Positions 21,811 through 35,461 of a DNA stretch of 64,000 nt are shown piece by piece; position 1 is the first letter of the stretch; each line of letters begins with the position of its first letter. The notes beneath the pieces are model-generated. The model ran no database searches. It was not told where the DNA came from and saw only the letters and a program-made list of their open reading frames with translations. The stretch spans positions 22,258,001 through 22,322,000 of the forward strand of contig OY740787.1 of the NCBI GenBank assembly GCA_963514005.1, given 5' to 3'. Position numbers and translations under genes: made by a program. Source of the DNA: Raja brachyura. Lineage: Eukaryota.

Positions 21811-23027
21811 TAGAAATAGCTGTGAGTTTCAATTACTAAGCCCAGCTATTCACATTAAAAAAAAAACTGCACAACAGGCTAAAATTTGGTCAGATGCAAG
21901 TAGCCATAAATTAATTTGAAGCTGCGTGTGCTGTCTGTATTTAGCTGTAGGCTTTCTTTTAACAAAGTACTGTAGCATCTTCACTGCTTTTCCTAGTTAG
22001 GCTAATGCGTATCTGACACAATAGCAAGTTTAATGCCACTGGTCAATCGTTACAAAGATATTTGTGTGACAGATAGACTATTTCCCATTTGAGTCATTGC
22101 AAAACAGGGAACCAAGGCAGAATCAGAGATAAGAAAATTATTGTACGTTATATAGATCAGATACAGAACAACGTCTTTTTTTCAGTTTGCCAACAGAATG
22201 ATACACTAACCATCGACTATTTTTCTAAATTAACATTCCTTTTGAGGATTAATTTGCCGTGAAACTGTATTAATTAATTTCAGGATGAGGGTTTTCCTTT
22301 GATAATGAATCAAGAATTGAGGGACAATGCCATGCCTTTAATTATTGAGCATCTGAATAAAAAACGGTTATTGAAATACCACAGTTGTACTGAAATCTTG
22401 ATTTTTTTTTACTCCAAGTTATGTAGTTGTTAGAATATTCACAATGAAGTGTGAGCAGCAATAGTAAATTGGTTGTTTTTGAGTGGGGGCAGTGCAGAAA
22501 TAACTATATATTTTTGTCTCATTTCTTTTAACATCCACTTATTGCTGGGAAGTAGTGAAGCATGGTTAGCCCACTGGAGCTGACCTCTAGCATAGCCACA
22601 GCAACTAACTGTTGATAGCTGAAGATTTATCTAGTCTGGTTTCTCCCCAACTGTTGCAAAAGCAAGTGACTTCTGCTTAGTATTCAGAGAACTTTTATCC
22701 AAAGCATCAATGAAAATATTAACTTTCTTGTTGATTGTACAACCGTCAATATAATAAAATGTCCAAAAGCACTTCATACAACATTTGACAGCAGCCATGT
22801 TCTGACAGATGACCAAAACCTTGGACAAAGGTATTGGCTTTGGAGGTTCTTGAGTAGAAAGGAAAGTTGTGGAGGTAGAATGGTTTAGTACCTTGACAGA
22901 TGGCAACACTTCCAACGAAGATAGTGCCTCCAATCAGGAATACTCAAGGATTCAGAATTAAAACACAATTACTTATGTCAGTTGTAGGCTAGAAGAAGTT
23001 AAAAGATTGGAAATGTGGATCTCTCGC

Positions 23028-23212
23028 ACCTGGGTTCGATACTGATCTTGGTACAGTCTGTCTGTGTGTAGTTTGCACATTCTCCCTGTGATCGCGTGGA
23101 TTTCTTCCAGTAGCTGCGGTTTCCTCCCACATCCCAAATTTGTACACTTTGGCGGTTAATTGCCTTCAACGTGTAAGGGGTGGATGAGAAAGTGGAATAA
23201 CAAAGATTTGAA
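23028..23212 (+). mobile_element. HE1-type V-SINE, partial
   Basis: cctgggttcgat...gtttgcacattctccctgtgatcgcgtgga...ggtttcctcccacatccc. Confidence 0.75.
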
Positions 23213-23471
23213 CACAAGGATAAGAATTTTAAAACTCTAGTTTTACTTTATTAGGAACTAAGGTAAGCCAGTGAACACAGGAGTATGGGGGAATAAGATG
23301 GCATGAGTATGGGTATGGACATGGCAGCACAGTTTTGAATAAGTTTAAATTTATACAGGGTAGAAGACAGGCCAAGGAATCTTGGTTAATGTTAACAGTG
23401 CTACAAATATCTTACTTCTAATGTGAATTCAAAAGCTATGTACTCTCTGAAAACAACTTCTCTTCATTCCA

Positions 23472-23572
23472 TGTGTTAAGAAGAAGGGTCTCGACCCGAA
23501 ACGTCGCCTATCCCCTTCGCTCCTTAGATGCTGCTGCACCCGCTGAGTTTCTCCAGCTTTTTGTGTAACCCC
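23472..23572 (+). mobile_element. Short Penelope-type element with 15-bp TSD
   Basis: gaagaagggtctcgacccgaaacgtc...ctccagc, flanked by cttctcttcattcca at 23457-23471 and 23573-23587. Confidence 0.85.
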
Positions 23573-23689
23573 CTTCTCTTCATTCCACTTGGGTCACTTA
23601 AAACCTAATGGTACGAATGCTAAAATCTTCTTATTTTAGATAAGTGACCTATAAACAATGCACCCCACCCCCATTTTTTAAAACGCTTT

Positions 23690-24062
23690 TCCCTGTGACC
23701 CTCTTGTACTTGCACACATTTCTCCACCACCCCCTCCCCTCTCACTGTATTCCTTCCTCTGGTGACACAATTCTCAATCCTTATCTCACACCATTTGTCT
23801 TTTCATCTCTGGCCTGTTCCCAACCATCTGTCAATTAAGCCCCCACCCTCACCTGTATCCAAACTGTCACTTGCCAGGCTTTGTCCTGCCCCTCATCTCT
23901 TCCAGCATTCTTTCCCCTCCCCCTTCCCCACCACAATCATTCTGAAGAAGGGTCCTAACCCAAAACATCACCTATCCATATTCTCCAAAGATGCTGACTA
24001 ACCTGCTGAGTTACACCAGCATTTTATGTGTTTTTTTGGAAACAGGCATCTGCAATTCCTTG
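23690..24062 (+). mobile_element. Longer Penelope-type pseudo-LTR fragment
   Basis: Pyrimidine-rich tract, then ctgaagaagggtcctaacccaaaacatca (decayed hammerhead motif) and the family body. Confidence 0.65.
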
Positions 24063-24064
24063 TT

Positions 24065-24190
24065 AAAGAAGGAACTGCAGGTGCTGGAGAATCGAGGATA
24101 CACAAAAGGCTGGAGAAACTCAGCGGGTGCAGCAGCATCTAAGGAGTGAAGGAGATAGGCGAAGTTTCGGGTCGAGACCCTTCTTCAGAC
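24065..24190 (-). mobile_element. Short Penelope-type element nested at the end of the previous copy
   Basis: Minus strand reads gtctgaagaagggtctcgacccgaaacttc. Flanked by tccttgtt (24057-24064, 24191-24198). Confidence 0.8.
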
Positions 24191-24496
24191 TCCTTGTTTT
24201 CCTGCTTGCTGGCATCTTAATTTCCTTATTGCCAAAGGAAATCTCAAATCCTCAAATCCCTCTCTACCTCCCACTGCTCCTTACAACCTACCTACCAATT
24301 ATCAATAATATTAAATGCACTGGTGCCAAATTCTATGTGGTATCAACCTAGTGAAAAGCCATGTACAATAAGTACTAAAGATCAGGGGGCATAGATTAAA
24401 AGTATTTACTAGAAATATCACTTTAAATCAAAAAGTGGTAGGTGCCTAGGACTCACTGCCTGAAATAGGTGAAGGAGACAATGATTTTTACTTTTT

Positions 24497-24791
24497 TTAG
24501 AATTTTAGAGATGCGGCGTGGGAACAGACCTATCTGCCCATCAAGTCCGTGCCGACCAGCGATCACCCCGTACACTAGCACTTTCCTACACACGAGGGAC
24601 AATTTGCAATTTACAGAAGCCAATTAACTTACAAACCTGAACGTCTTTGGAGTGTGGGAGGAAACCGAAGATCTTGGAGAAAACCCACGCAAGTCACGGG
24701 GAGAACGTACAAATTCGGTACAGACATGACAGGATCGAACCTGTGTCTCCGGCATTGTAAGGCAGTAGCTCTACCGCTACGCCACTGTGCT
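24497..24791 (-). mobile_element. HE1-type V-SINE
   Basis: Tail, V-domain and tRNA head all visible in reverse. Confidence 0.88.
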
Positions 24792-25584
24792 GGACCAAAT
24801 TACATTAATTGTACTTTAGAAGTACTTGGTTGTCACTTGAAAAGCTGTAACCTAGGGTGGAGTTTAATGCAACTACAGCCAGAATTTCGACTGGTTGGCT
24901 TTCGTGACTATGTTTCGTGTCTTCGTGTCTATGTTTCTATGTTTCCATGTTTTCAGTGATTTTATGAACACTTAATATCTTTTGAAAGTACTGGGTCAAA
25001 AGAATAGGCTTTAAATAAATCAAATGACTAATGAATACATCATATTTTAAGTGCTTAAATCTCATTGTGGCACTGGGCAATACCTGTCTGATCGGAATAC
25101 AAGCATACAAAGGGAACACAAAAATATACAGGGGAAACATCATCACATTTCTAAGCAGAGGTTGGCCACCCAAACTGACTTTAATCAGTTACTCAAATGT
25201 GCAATGCATTAACAGTGATTAAAAAAGAGTAAAGAATTTGTGAGTGATTACTATCCATTCATCAAAAGTATACTGTCAATGTTAAGCTGTTAACTACCAG
25301 GCTAATCGAGTACTGGCTGTGTCTGGAGACCATTTGACTTTACGACTAGTAATGTAAATTTAACCCTTCAAGACTCAGCACTAGAAAATATTTGGAATCC
25401 TAGTGGATGACTTCCGCTGCTTCAGCAGATGTAAAAATGTTCAAAATATTATCCTAAGATTCCTGGATATTCAGCTATTTTCTTTGAAATGGATTTAAAT
25501 AAACAGCAAAATAAAATGAGGATTGAAAAGTAGAACAATGGACATTGATTAATAGCAAGCTTGGCATGGAAATTAATTTTCACA

Positions 25585-27150
25585 AGTCATAGATTCATGG
25601 AATCATAGAGTCATACAGCACGGAAACAGGCCGCTCGGCCCAACTTGCCCATGCCGATAAAAATGCCCCAACTACTCTAGTCCCACCTGCCTGTGTTTGG
25701 CCCATAACCATCTAAATCATGTGTCGGAAGGAACTGCAGATGCTGATTTAAACTGTAGACACAAAATGCTGGAGTATCTCAGCGGGACAGGCAGCATCTC
25801 TGGATAGAAGGAATGAACAGAAGGATAGCAGGAAACATATTCCTGATGTTGGGGGAGTCCAGAACCAAGAGCCACAGTTTAAGAATAAGGAGTAAGCCAT
25901 TTAGAACGGAGACGAGGTAATGCTTTTTCTCACAGAGAATGGTGAATCTGTGGAATTCTCTGCCTCAGAGGGCGGTGGAGGCAGGTTCTCTGGATGCATT
26001 CAAGAGAGAGCTAGATAGGGTTCTTAAAAATAGCGGAGTCAAGGGATATGGGGAGAAGGCAGGAACGGGTTACTGATTGGGGATGATCAGCCATGATCAC
26101 ATTGAATGGCGGTGCTGACTCCGAATGGCCTACTCCTGCACCTATTGTCTATTGTCTATTGAATGAGTGGCATTTCCTGTTGAAAAGCCATTGAGTTAAT
26201 CCAGCATTTTGTATCTATTTCCATCTAAATCATCTTGTCTTTAAAATGTTATTATAGGACCTGCCTTAACTATCTCCTCGAACAGTTCATTCTATATTCC
26301 CACCAACCTCTGTGTGAAAATGTTGCCCCTCAAATTCCTGTGCTCCTGGTTCTTGATTCATTCACTCTGGGTAAAAGACTATGCATTTGCCCTAACTATT
26401 ACTCTCATCATCTTATACACCTCTATATGATCACCCCTCATTTTCCTCTGCTCAAAGGGATATGGTCCTAATCTGCATTAGTTATTGGTCCCAATAGCAC
26501 AAGTAATCAAGCCCTGGCAACATACCGGTAAATCTTCTTTGTGCTTAACAACATCCTTCCTACAGCAGGGTAACCAAAAATGAACATAATACTCCAAATG
26601 CAGTCTCATCAACGTTTTGTACTACTGTACCATAACATATCAACTTCTATACTCAGTACCCTGACTGTTGAAGGTCAATGTTCCGGATGTCTTCATGACA
26701 TCCCTGTCTACCTGTCTATTCTGTTGTGCTGCAGCAAGTAAGAATTGCATTGTCCCATCCGGGACATATGACAATAAAACACTCTTGACCCTTGACTGTG
26801 ACGTCACTTTCAAAGAATTATGTGCCTGCATTCCTAGATCCCGCTGGAACATATCAAATGCCTTGCTGAAGTCCATATGGACAACATCTACAGCATTATC
26901 CTCATTAACCTTTTTGGTTACTGCTTCAAAAAAGCCAAATAGATTTGTAGGTTGTGATATACCATGTGCAAAACCATGCTGACTATCCCTAGCCCCAGTG
27001 CCTGTCCATCAAAATGCATATATATGTTATCCCTCAGAATACTCTCCAGTACGTTGCCTACCACAGGCTCACTGACCTATAACTCCCAGGCTGTTCACTG
27101 CAACCTTGTTTACATAGAGGCACAACATTAACAATCCTTCCATCTTCTGG
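25585..27150 (-). mobile_element. CR1/HER1 LINE, decayed, interrupted by nested insertions at 25721-26220
   Basis: 3' tail catagagtcatacagcacggaaacaggcc. Minus frame MDFSKAFD...RDLGMQAHNSLKV. 13-bp duplication ccatctaaatcat at 25708-25720 and 26221-26233. Confidence 0.8.
25816..26161 (+). mobile_element. CR1 LINE 3' fragment inserted in a Penelope-type short element
   Basis: ggggagtccagaaccaag...gtgaatctgtggaattctctgcctcagagggc...gatcagccatgatcacattgaatggc with a (ctattgt)n tail. gaatga occurs at both ends. Confidence 0.85.
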
Positions 27151-28087
27151 CTCCATCCATCATTGTTCTATTAATCCATCATTGTTTTTTGCATTGATGC
27201 AAGCAAAAAGGACGACCACAAAAAATGTTTTAATTGACGAAAAAGTTGTCTTTAAGAGTGCTGGATTATTTAACACCCACAGAATGTATGGTTACTTTAA
27301 CGGAACCAAAGGCTGCAGAGACTCAAATGTACAGGTATTTCCTCATCAACATCACAACATACATGCCAAGAGTGAGGTCTTCAAAGTCAGGTAGTTCAGG
27401 AAATCTAGGAAGGCCAACATTAGAAGAAACTAGCAAGACACAACTACAGCTGTCGTCTCTAGGTGTGAGGATGCCCACTCAATTAAAAAACAGCACTAAA
27501 ATTGTCATGTCTCACAAAGAATATTAGAATGAGATCTCAACCACTGAAACCAGTGGGAGCCAAGCCATTTTAATAACTGGATCAAAGATTTGTGTGTCTG
27601 TCAGTAGAAATGGACCTTAGAAACAATGTGTAAGGTTTATTAACTATTATCTGGGCTCAATTTCTGATATATTGGTGGACCGTTGATAGTGACAATTGGA
27701 AAGTGGAGATGGTTAACTGGTTTGGTTTGGAGTTATGATTCTACCTATTTGAGGTCATACATATTGTTATTGTCCATTGCCTGCCTCCTCCACTCAACTG
27801 AGAAGTGATGGCATGGATGGCAAGCAGGGACATCCCCCTGGTAGCCTCCTTTTCCACCTGCTCCTTTCAATCCTGCTGCTCATCAGGTTACTCAGATCTC
27901 CTGCTTGCTCTTGCTGTGCACCCAATGTCCCTTTTGGCTTGAGAGATGGTGCAGCATGCATTGCACCAGAACAAAGTTTTCTCACCTTCTTGGTCGGTAA
28001 TGCTGGGGCTCGCAGACTGATGCAAGGTTCGGATGCTGTGTTTGGACTCCACAATGCTATAAGGAGCCAGATCAATAGACAATAACA

Positions 28088-28205
28088 GAAATAAGGAACT
28101 GCACATCCTGGTTTAGACAAAAGGACTAGTGCTGTAGTAACTCAACGGGTCAAGAGGCAACTCCGGAGGAGATGGATAGGTGACATTTCGAGTCGGGACC
28201 CTTTA
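28088..28205 (-). mobile_element. Short Penelope-type element, decayed
   Basis: aaggaactgcac...gtaactcaacgggtca...gataggtgacatttcgagtcgggaccct. Confidence 0.65.
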
Positions 28206-28689
28206 TTTAGAGGATAGCCCTTATCTCCTAGGAATTAATCTTCAGCGGGAGCTGACTGCAGAAATGTGGCACTGGTTGGTCTCTCTAAGGATGAAGACAT
28301 GACGTGCTCTCTCTGGAAACATAAGATTCACCATAAATAAGGAGTTATCTGTGTTTAATTGTCATGTGTAGCGGGAAGCTGAAGTGACAGTGACAGGAAG
28401 CTCAAATAACAGACATGAGGAAACCTTTCTGATGATCCATATCTACACACTGCAAGGACGGGAATTTTTTTTTGTTGAAGAAGTATTGATTATCTGTGGA
28501 AATCCTTATGGGCACGACCACGATCAGTGCTTGTCCTTCAATGTCTCTGAAGCCACCTATGCTTCACTAAAATGAAAGTAGATTAAATTATTTCTCCATG
28601 AATACATTGCCTGGCTGATCTCTCTAATGTAGGTGGTGAGCAACAAATGAAGAGACTTTGAGATTTCAGTCAGCCCATCAAGGTCGGTT

Positions 28690-28976
28690 CTGCCCATCAA
28701 GTCTACGATGGCTCTCAGAAGATTCACATTCTCCCAGTAAATTTCCCTGTAATCTACTCCGTTTCACGCATCTACTCGCCAGGGCAATTAACAGTGACCA
28801 ATTCACCTAACCTCCTGCAGATGGGGGGGGGGGGGGGGGAGCACACCTGTGAGAAAACTGTGTGGTCACAGGGAGAACATGGAAGCTCCATACAGACAGC
28901 ACTGGAGGTCAGAATTGAGCCTAAGTTGGCTGGGACTGTGAGGTAGCAGCGCATTATCTGTTTCCACTGTTCCACC
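28690..28976 (-). mobile_element. Old V-SINE with expanded poly-G
   Basis: ggtcacagggagaacatggaagctccatacagacagcac...gggactgtgaggtagcagc. Confidence 0.6.
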
Positions 28977-29289
28977 ACTGAATCTGTTGAGATGACTTGT
29001 AAATATACCGTGGTGAGAAAGTTCTTCATGAAGAGCCATTCCCAGATATGAAAGCATGACTCAAGATCTATCTACACCATTTAAGGACACAAATGAGCTG
29101 GCAGCTTTTTGGCAACCTTTAAACACATGCTTCGACAGCTAACTGCTGTATAAAGCATTCCCTATTAGCTTTGGCAGACACGGTGTGTGTTTGCTAAATG
29201 CTGGTATTGCCAACAACATCTGGATCCTACAAATGAGTGAATATCCTGTATGGCCAATTGATTTCTGCGAGGGACCTTGGTCTGCAAGT

Positions 29290-29915
29290 CCAAAGATTCA
29301 TGAAGGGGAAAGCATGGATAAATAGCACAAGTGGGAAGACATGTGGGATACTGACCTTCATTAGTTGGAACAGTAACTATGAGAGTGAGTAGTTTATCTT
29401 TCAACTTTATAAAACATTGGATAGGTCTCATCTGGAATACCATGTGCATATATGGTCACCACTCCATAGGAAAGATGTGATAGCAGTAAGGAGGTGCAGA
29501 GCAGATTGTTGCCTGGGATGAAGCATTTCACCAATGAGGAGAGTGAAGACACAAGGCCTTTTTGCCTGGAATGGAGGAGGTTGAGAGACATACGCACATA
29601 CAATTCTGAGCGGATGGATAAAGTAGACTGCAGCAAACTTTAGAGGTGAATAAAACAGAGGGCGTAAAATTAGGGTGAAGATTAGGAGATTTAGAGAAGT
29701 TCTGAGTAGGACCATTTCACTCGTGAGAGTACCTGGAATACACTTCCAAAGAGAGCAGAGTCACTGGTTGCAGTTAAGAAGGTCCTGGTGAGCACTTAAA
29801 TCAATAAGGCATGGAAGGCTACTGGCCTTATGTTGAAAGATGGGGTTTATAAAATTGTGCGCCCTTTGGTTGGTCAGGATGTTGTGGGCCGAATAGCCTG
29901 CTTCCATGCCATGTG
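29290..29915 (+). mobile_element. CR1-type LINE 3' fragment, old
   Basis: tataaaacattgg...catctggaatac...ggaggaggttgagag...gggccgaatagcctg. Confidence 0.65.
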
Positions 29916-29949
29916 ACCAATGACTGTGGACCTATGTTTAAGTAGCCTG

Positions 29950-30150
29950 CCATGTGTTCTGAAGCAGCCCATTGCTTCCTAATGTCCTTCAGGGCAGGAG
30001 ATCTGCCATCCTTACCCATATGGCCTACCTGTGACAAGAATTACAGTGATGTTGCTGACACATATCTGCCTCCTCAGTTCAGAGCAGTTGGGGATGGATG
30101 AATAATGTTGGTATTGCCTACAACATCTGCATCCTGTGAATGGATGAATC
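29950..30150 (+). repeat. Ancient SINE-like fragment (possibly Deu-domain type)
   Basis: ctaatgtccttcagggcaggagatctgccatccttacc, and a tail similar to 29195-29240. Family assignment is from memory only. Confidence 0.4.
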
Positions 30151-30169
30151 ATGACCAAAAATAGCTTCG

Positions 30170-30469
30170 TTTAGTTTAGTTTAGATACAGTGCGGTAACA
30201 GGCCCTTCCGCACACCAAGTCCGCGCCGAACAGTGATCCCAGCACACTAACACTAGTCCTACACACACTAGGGACAATGTTACAATTATACCAAGCCATT
30301 TAACCTACAAACCTGTAGGTCTTTGGAGTGTGGGAGGAAACCGGAGAAAACCCACGCAGGTCACAGGAGGACGTACAAACTCTGTACAGACAGCACACGT
30401 AGTCAGGATCAAACCCAGGTCTCTGGCACTGCAAGATAGCAACTCTACCACTGCGCCACTGTGCCACCC
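30170..30469 (-). mobile_element. HE1-type V-SINE, near full length
   Basis: (tttag)n tail, V-domain, tRNA head caactctaccactgcgccactgtgccacc. Confidence 0.9.
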
Positions 30470-30994
30470 GAGTTCTCCAGTAATGGAGTGCTGGCAGGAG
30501 TTCAACAGTCATGGAGTAAATATCTCACAAGCCAGATGCTGGGCTAAGCACTCACTGTTAAAATTGAGCACATTCAGTATTTAAATAGCCTACAGTGAGT
30601 GCTGAGTAACCCAGTCAGGGCCTTAGCAGACTGTCCACCTAAATTGTGAAAAAAAAGCACCCAAGCTGCATAATGTGCTCCTTATTGTAGTGAGGCTGAA
30701 CCACCTTAAACATAGGTTGGGTCCTTCACCTCCAATTGATGTTGGTATGAGTAAAAGTGTCCAATGCACAAATAATAATGCCATTGGTTACATTTATAAT
30801 GCTGGCAACTGGCAAGTGTACTAATATGCACAGTTTCTTAATCTGACGTCATTTGGAAAAGACAGGAGCACGATCTACTTTGTGATTGCACTGAGTTATT
30901 CAAAATGTGTGTTTAAAAAAAATAGGCATTATAAGATAGTAAAACATGTATGGTGCTTTGTGAGGGATAAATCAAATAACGTTTGGCACATTAA

Positions 30995-31290
30995 GGGCAG
31001 CTACTAGAGCTGCTGCCTCACAGTGCCAGGGACCTCCGGTGTTATCTGTGTGGAGTTTGCACATTTTCGCTGTGACCTCATAGGATTCCTCTGGGTGCTC
31101 CCTGTTTCTTTCCTCCCTCATCCCAAAGACATGCTGCTTTGTAGGTTAATTGGCCTCTACAAATTGCCCCTTGGGTATAGGGTGTGGTGTGAAAGTGGGA
31201 TAACATAGAACTGGTTTGAATGGGCGATCAAATGATGACATGGACCCAATGGGCCAAAGTCCATATACCCTGCTGTATCTCCATATTGAA
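30995..31290 (+). mobile_element. HE1-type V-SINE, older
   Basis: agagctgctgcctcacagtgccaggga...tgtgtggagtttgcaca...catcccaaagac...tgctgtatctc. Confidence 0.75.
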
Positions 31291-31999
31291 ACTATAATTT
31301 TAAACACATACAAATTGACATAACTGGCCAGACAACCAGGTTTTATGGACGCATACTTTACAAAAAGAGAGTTAGTGGGATAGAAAGGTTTAGTGTACAA
31401 ATTCTTGGGATTAGAGTTTCAGCATCAGAAGACATAGCTGGATATGGTTATCAACTTTAAGGATCCACAATCGATCAAAGTTAGAGTAACGCAACTACAC
31501 TGCAAGGTTATAGAGTTGAAGACGCAAAGCAATGATAATTTGTTTAACCAGGTGGCAATGTGAGCGCAGGGTGATGTATGAATGGGACATTGTCCATGTT
31601 AAAGTATAGATTGCAGTGTTTTACATGATCCTGTATTTGTGGAAGGTGAAAGACCAGGCAGAAGAGCATTGGAATAGTAAAGCCAAGGTGTATCAGGTAT
31701 GGAGCTTTCCCTGGCGAGTGGGCTGAGGTGGGTGAGAGTTTGGCAATGCTACAGAGGTGGAAAGAGGGACTTTGAGTGATGGGTTGGATACATGGAGGGA
31801 GTTATTCATCCTGAGGTCCAACACAAAACCAAATACTCTGGTGCGTCTTTGCTGATTTGACTTATCACATTCACCAGTGATGCTCAAAGTTATTCCTGGA
31901 ATATGAGGTGTTTTAGACAGCTTGAAGACAGATTCTTTTGTCAAATTACACAATTTCTATTTGATATTCTCATAGGTGACTTAACGTGCACTTTGAATG

Positions 32000-32360
32000 A
32001 GCTTCAATGGAACGTTGGTGATAAAAGTAAAAAGCACATGGCATTCTAAAGTTCACCACTTTCTCCGAATAGAGATTAGTTATTTGCAGACCATTCAACT
32101 ATGATAGAGATCACAGATAAATCTAATCCTCTTCTCACCTGGCATCCAAACACACACATTCCAGCTGGGGTCACATGGCGATGATCAGGAGCAAGAACCC
32201 CGCTGTTTATCCTTTCTGTAATCCAGCAACAAGATCCACACATTGCTGCCTGCCCTACAGCTAGTGAGGTCTGTCAACTCAGCAAAGAACAGACATCAAA
32301 CCTGGAGCCTTCCTGATATGCATGCCTCATCCAATCTATTTAACATTGGGTCAGCAGGGA
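32000..32360 (-). repeat. Ancient tRNA-SINE-like remnant
   Basis: Minus strand has ccaggtttgat (B-box-like) followed by tgctgagttgacagacctc and cctgatcatcgccatgtgacccc. Confidence 0.35.
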
Positions 32361-35300
32361 ACCTAAACTGAAATGTTTCAAAGCAATTGACTGATAAAAC
32401 TCTCCAAACAAGACACATTATTGGATAAATGTGACCTTTGACATAAATATGCTGATCACACTTTCAGCAGATCAGTAACTTCAAATGAATAATGTTCCTG
32501 AGATTGAGCAAGCCCAAATTCAAATTTTGAATATATATGATTAAATAAGAAACTCTTTCTTCAATTGTTACGAATCTTCATTATCCACTAGCTGATGTAA
32601 ACGTCTTTTATCTAGTGGCAGCATTATGATGCACCTGGTACAGTTACTGTTAAACTATTGTTGGGCTGTGTCCCATCACCAGCGACCAATACTCCATTTC
32701 ATAGAAAACTCAACTCTGAGCAAACTAGGGGACTTTCTGATAGTAAAATGATTGCGGCCATATGAAATCTTCACAGTTCCATAATAGCCAGTCTGTGGTG
32801 GTACATATTTGAGTCTATGATGCCATAAAAGTCAGCTGTTTCGGTACCTATGCATTCAAAGTTTGAATTCACATTTTGAATCTATTAAAAACCATTGAAA
32901 TGTTAATGCAGATGTATTTTGATGTAATGGAGCACACTTTTTGCATTGTACAACAGAAATATGGGACTGCACAGGGTCTTTAAAAAGCAGGCTGAATGTA
33001 AGTTACTGTCATGAAATGAATGCTGACATTTTTCTTTTCAGCACAGATTTCATACTTAAAGGAATTCCAGCAAGCAGTGCTTTTATTTTCCCTACACAAA
33101 TGCAGTAAATTTACGAGCTCTCCAAATATCTAGCAATACAGTAATCTTTTTATTAGAGCAATATTTAAATTTCACAAAGTGGAGATTCATTAGTTAGTTT
33201 TCCATCTAATATAAATCTCTCATGTTATAATATTATAATTAGATTTGTAACTTTCAGTGCAATCTCATCATTTAAATAATCATTTGGCAAGTTCTAGAAA
33301 AAATGTAGCTATAGGAATTTAACTCATAATAACCCTGTGCAAGTTCCTCACTGACCTATATTTCATGTTTACCACTTCCAATGGAAGTACATAATTTCAA
33401 ATAAAATGTATTTTGACATTTTACCGCAGAATGGTGAAAGAACTAAATTAGTGGGAGACTCCGTTACAAGCGTGGCATTAATGATGTAACCAGGGATTAA
33501 TTTGGGGCGGGGAAGGATCAAAAATGGCAGTTGCGGTGGAAGTAATTTTATATTAATCTTGGTTTTGAAGATGTGCTTTAATGCACACACTAACATCACA
33601 AAGGGCTCCTCTAGATTTTTTTTTGTGTTCAGATCAATTTAAGTAGCTGCTGGGCGATAGTGACTCCCTCTAGAATAATTTACAAAGCTGCCAGTTTTGT
33701 ACACAATGATCACCAAACCAGCTGTTACTTATTTCTTTGCTTTAAGCATGTGAATGAACAGAACGATCAGAATGACAAAGTTATGCGATTAGATCAAAAA
33801 GCTCGATTTTTTTCCCCCTTATATTTTGTAGTGGGAAGAGGTACAAATCATCATGCTTTTTAGAACTAATGTTTACATAGCATGCCTACAGAATCAATGA
33901 AATGGATACATTCTGATAGACATGACACTGTTGCAATGTTTAAATTTAATTGTCCCCTCTCTGATGTTAATTCCAGGATACTGTTGCCCCTTCTTTGAAT
34001 GGATCATAAAAGACATAAATCATAAATGAATCATAATGATGAGATGGAGAGATCAAATTCATTTAAAAAGTAGAATTGTTTTCTTCTTTTGTTAAAAGAA
34101 CATGTCATAACACCTCTTGCATTTACAGAGTAAGGTTCCTCAGCCTCTTACATTCTAATTATCTGACTAATGCCGTGTGCCTCTTTAATGCTTGACAGAA
34201 TCACAGGACTGCACTCTGAAATCCCTCAACACAACTGTTATAAAATGATAATGTAGTACACGGTAGGACTTGTAAGATAACATCATAGAAACGGCAGGGG
34301 GTGAACAGAAGTCTTACTGGTGCCAGGCGAGGACCACCTTTGGCTTCAAAGAGAACTACAGCTATTTTGGAGCCATTCAGGTTTCCTCCTGACTCCAAAA
34401 GTATTTCTCCTATAGATGTTCCAGTCTTTCACCACAGGGACTGGAGCTGAGAGTTTGTCTGATGTTGTTGCACTCCAAGAGATTGGCTATCTGCATTATC
34501 AGATAAAATACTTGAGTTGCTTTTTGGTTTCAGGGGAAGATGTTGAGCTGAGCTTCAGGAATTATATTCAAATTACCATTCCTGACAATCTGAGATCATC
34601 CTGGGTCACCTTTCACCAAATTCAGGTATACTTCTCAGGCAGAGCAAAGCATTTTGATCTAGGTTCACATATTTAATCAAACAAGACTAATCTTTCAGCC
34701 AACATTTATATTAATAACCAAGATATGAACTTACTGACCTTACGATATAATAATGTTCTGATGATTTAACATAAACACATCCCTTTACAAATAAAATCCA
34801 TAATCCCAGAACAAAGTCATTAAAAGTCAATTTCTGTTCCTTTCCCTCCTCCACAGTGCAGTTAGCAAAGACATTACACGGACCTTAACATTATGCAGTG
34901 TGAGTATTAGTATCTGAACTCTTAATGTTTGTCAGAATTTTAAGGTATTTTACAAAAATGTTATTTCAAATAAACTGTTTAATGCCTTGCTGAAGTTGTG
35001 GTTACAACTTGTATTTACGGAACATAATTCAAGTTGAATGCTCCAAACTGTTTTGGAGATATGTCACCAAAAATGGAAATGTTAGAAGAGGGGACCAAAA
35101 TGCAAAAGGAGGCAAAATGATAAAGGAGACGGGTTTTGCAGAGAGTTTCTAAAGAGGATATGAAGGTAGGAGGATGAAGAGGTATGTGGGGAGCCTGGAG
35201 TAGACTGAGGGGACAAACTCGCACACAAATGGCCCGAACCAGTGGAATAGATGATTATAGGACCTCCACAGCTTATAGTTCTGTAAATATTGAGGCAAAG

Positions 35301-35461
35301 TTCCAAAAGACTTCCAAACCGTAATTTAGTTTGAAGATAGGTAAAAGAGGAACTGATATAAGTCTTCAGAGGTAGAAATAACGAGAAGGCAAGGTTTGGT
35401 GCAGTATGGCATTTGGACAGTAGGATTTTAGATGACCTAAAATGTGTAAAAGGGCTGATAT

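Noticed and set aside
27180-28120. Overlapping 70-108 aa ORFs
   Set aside because: No recognisable domain or splice structure; probably old repeat debris that I cannot classify.
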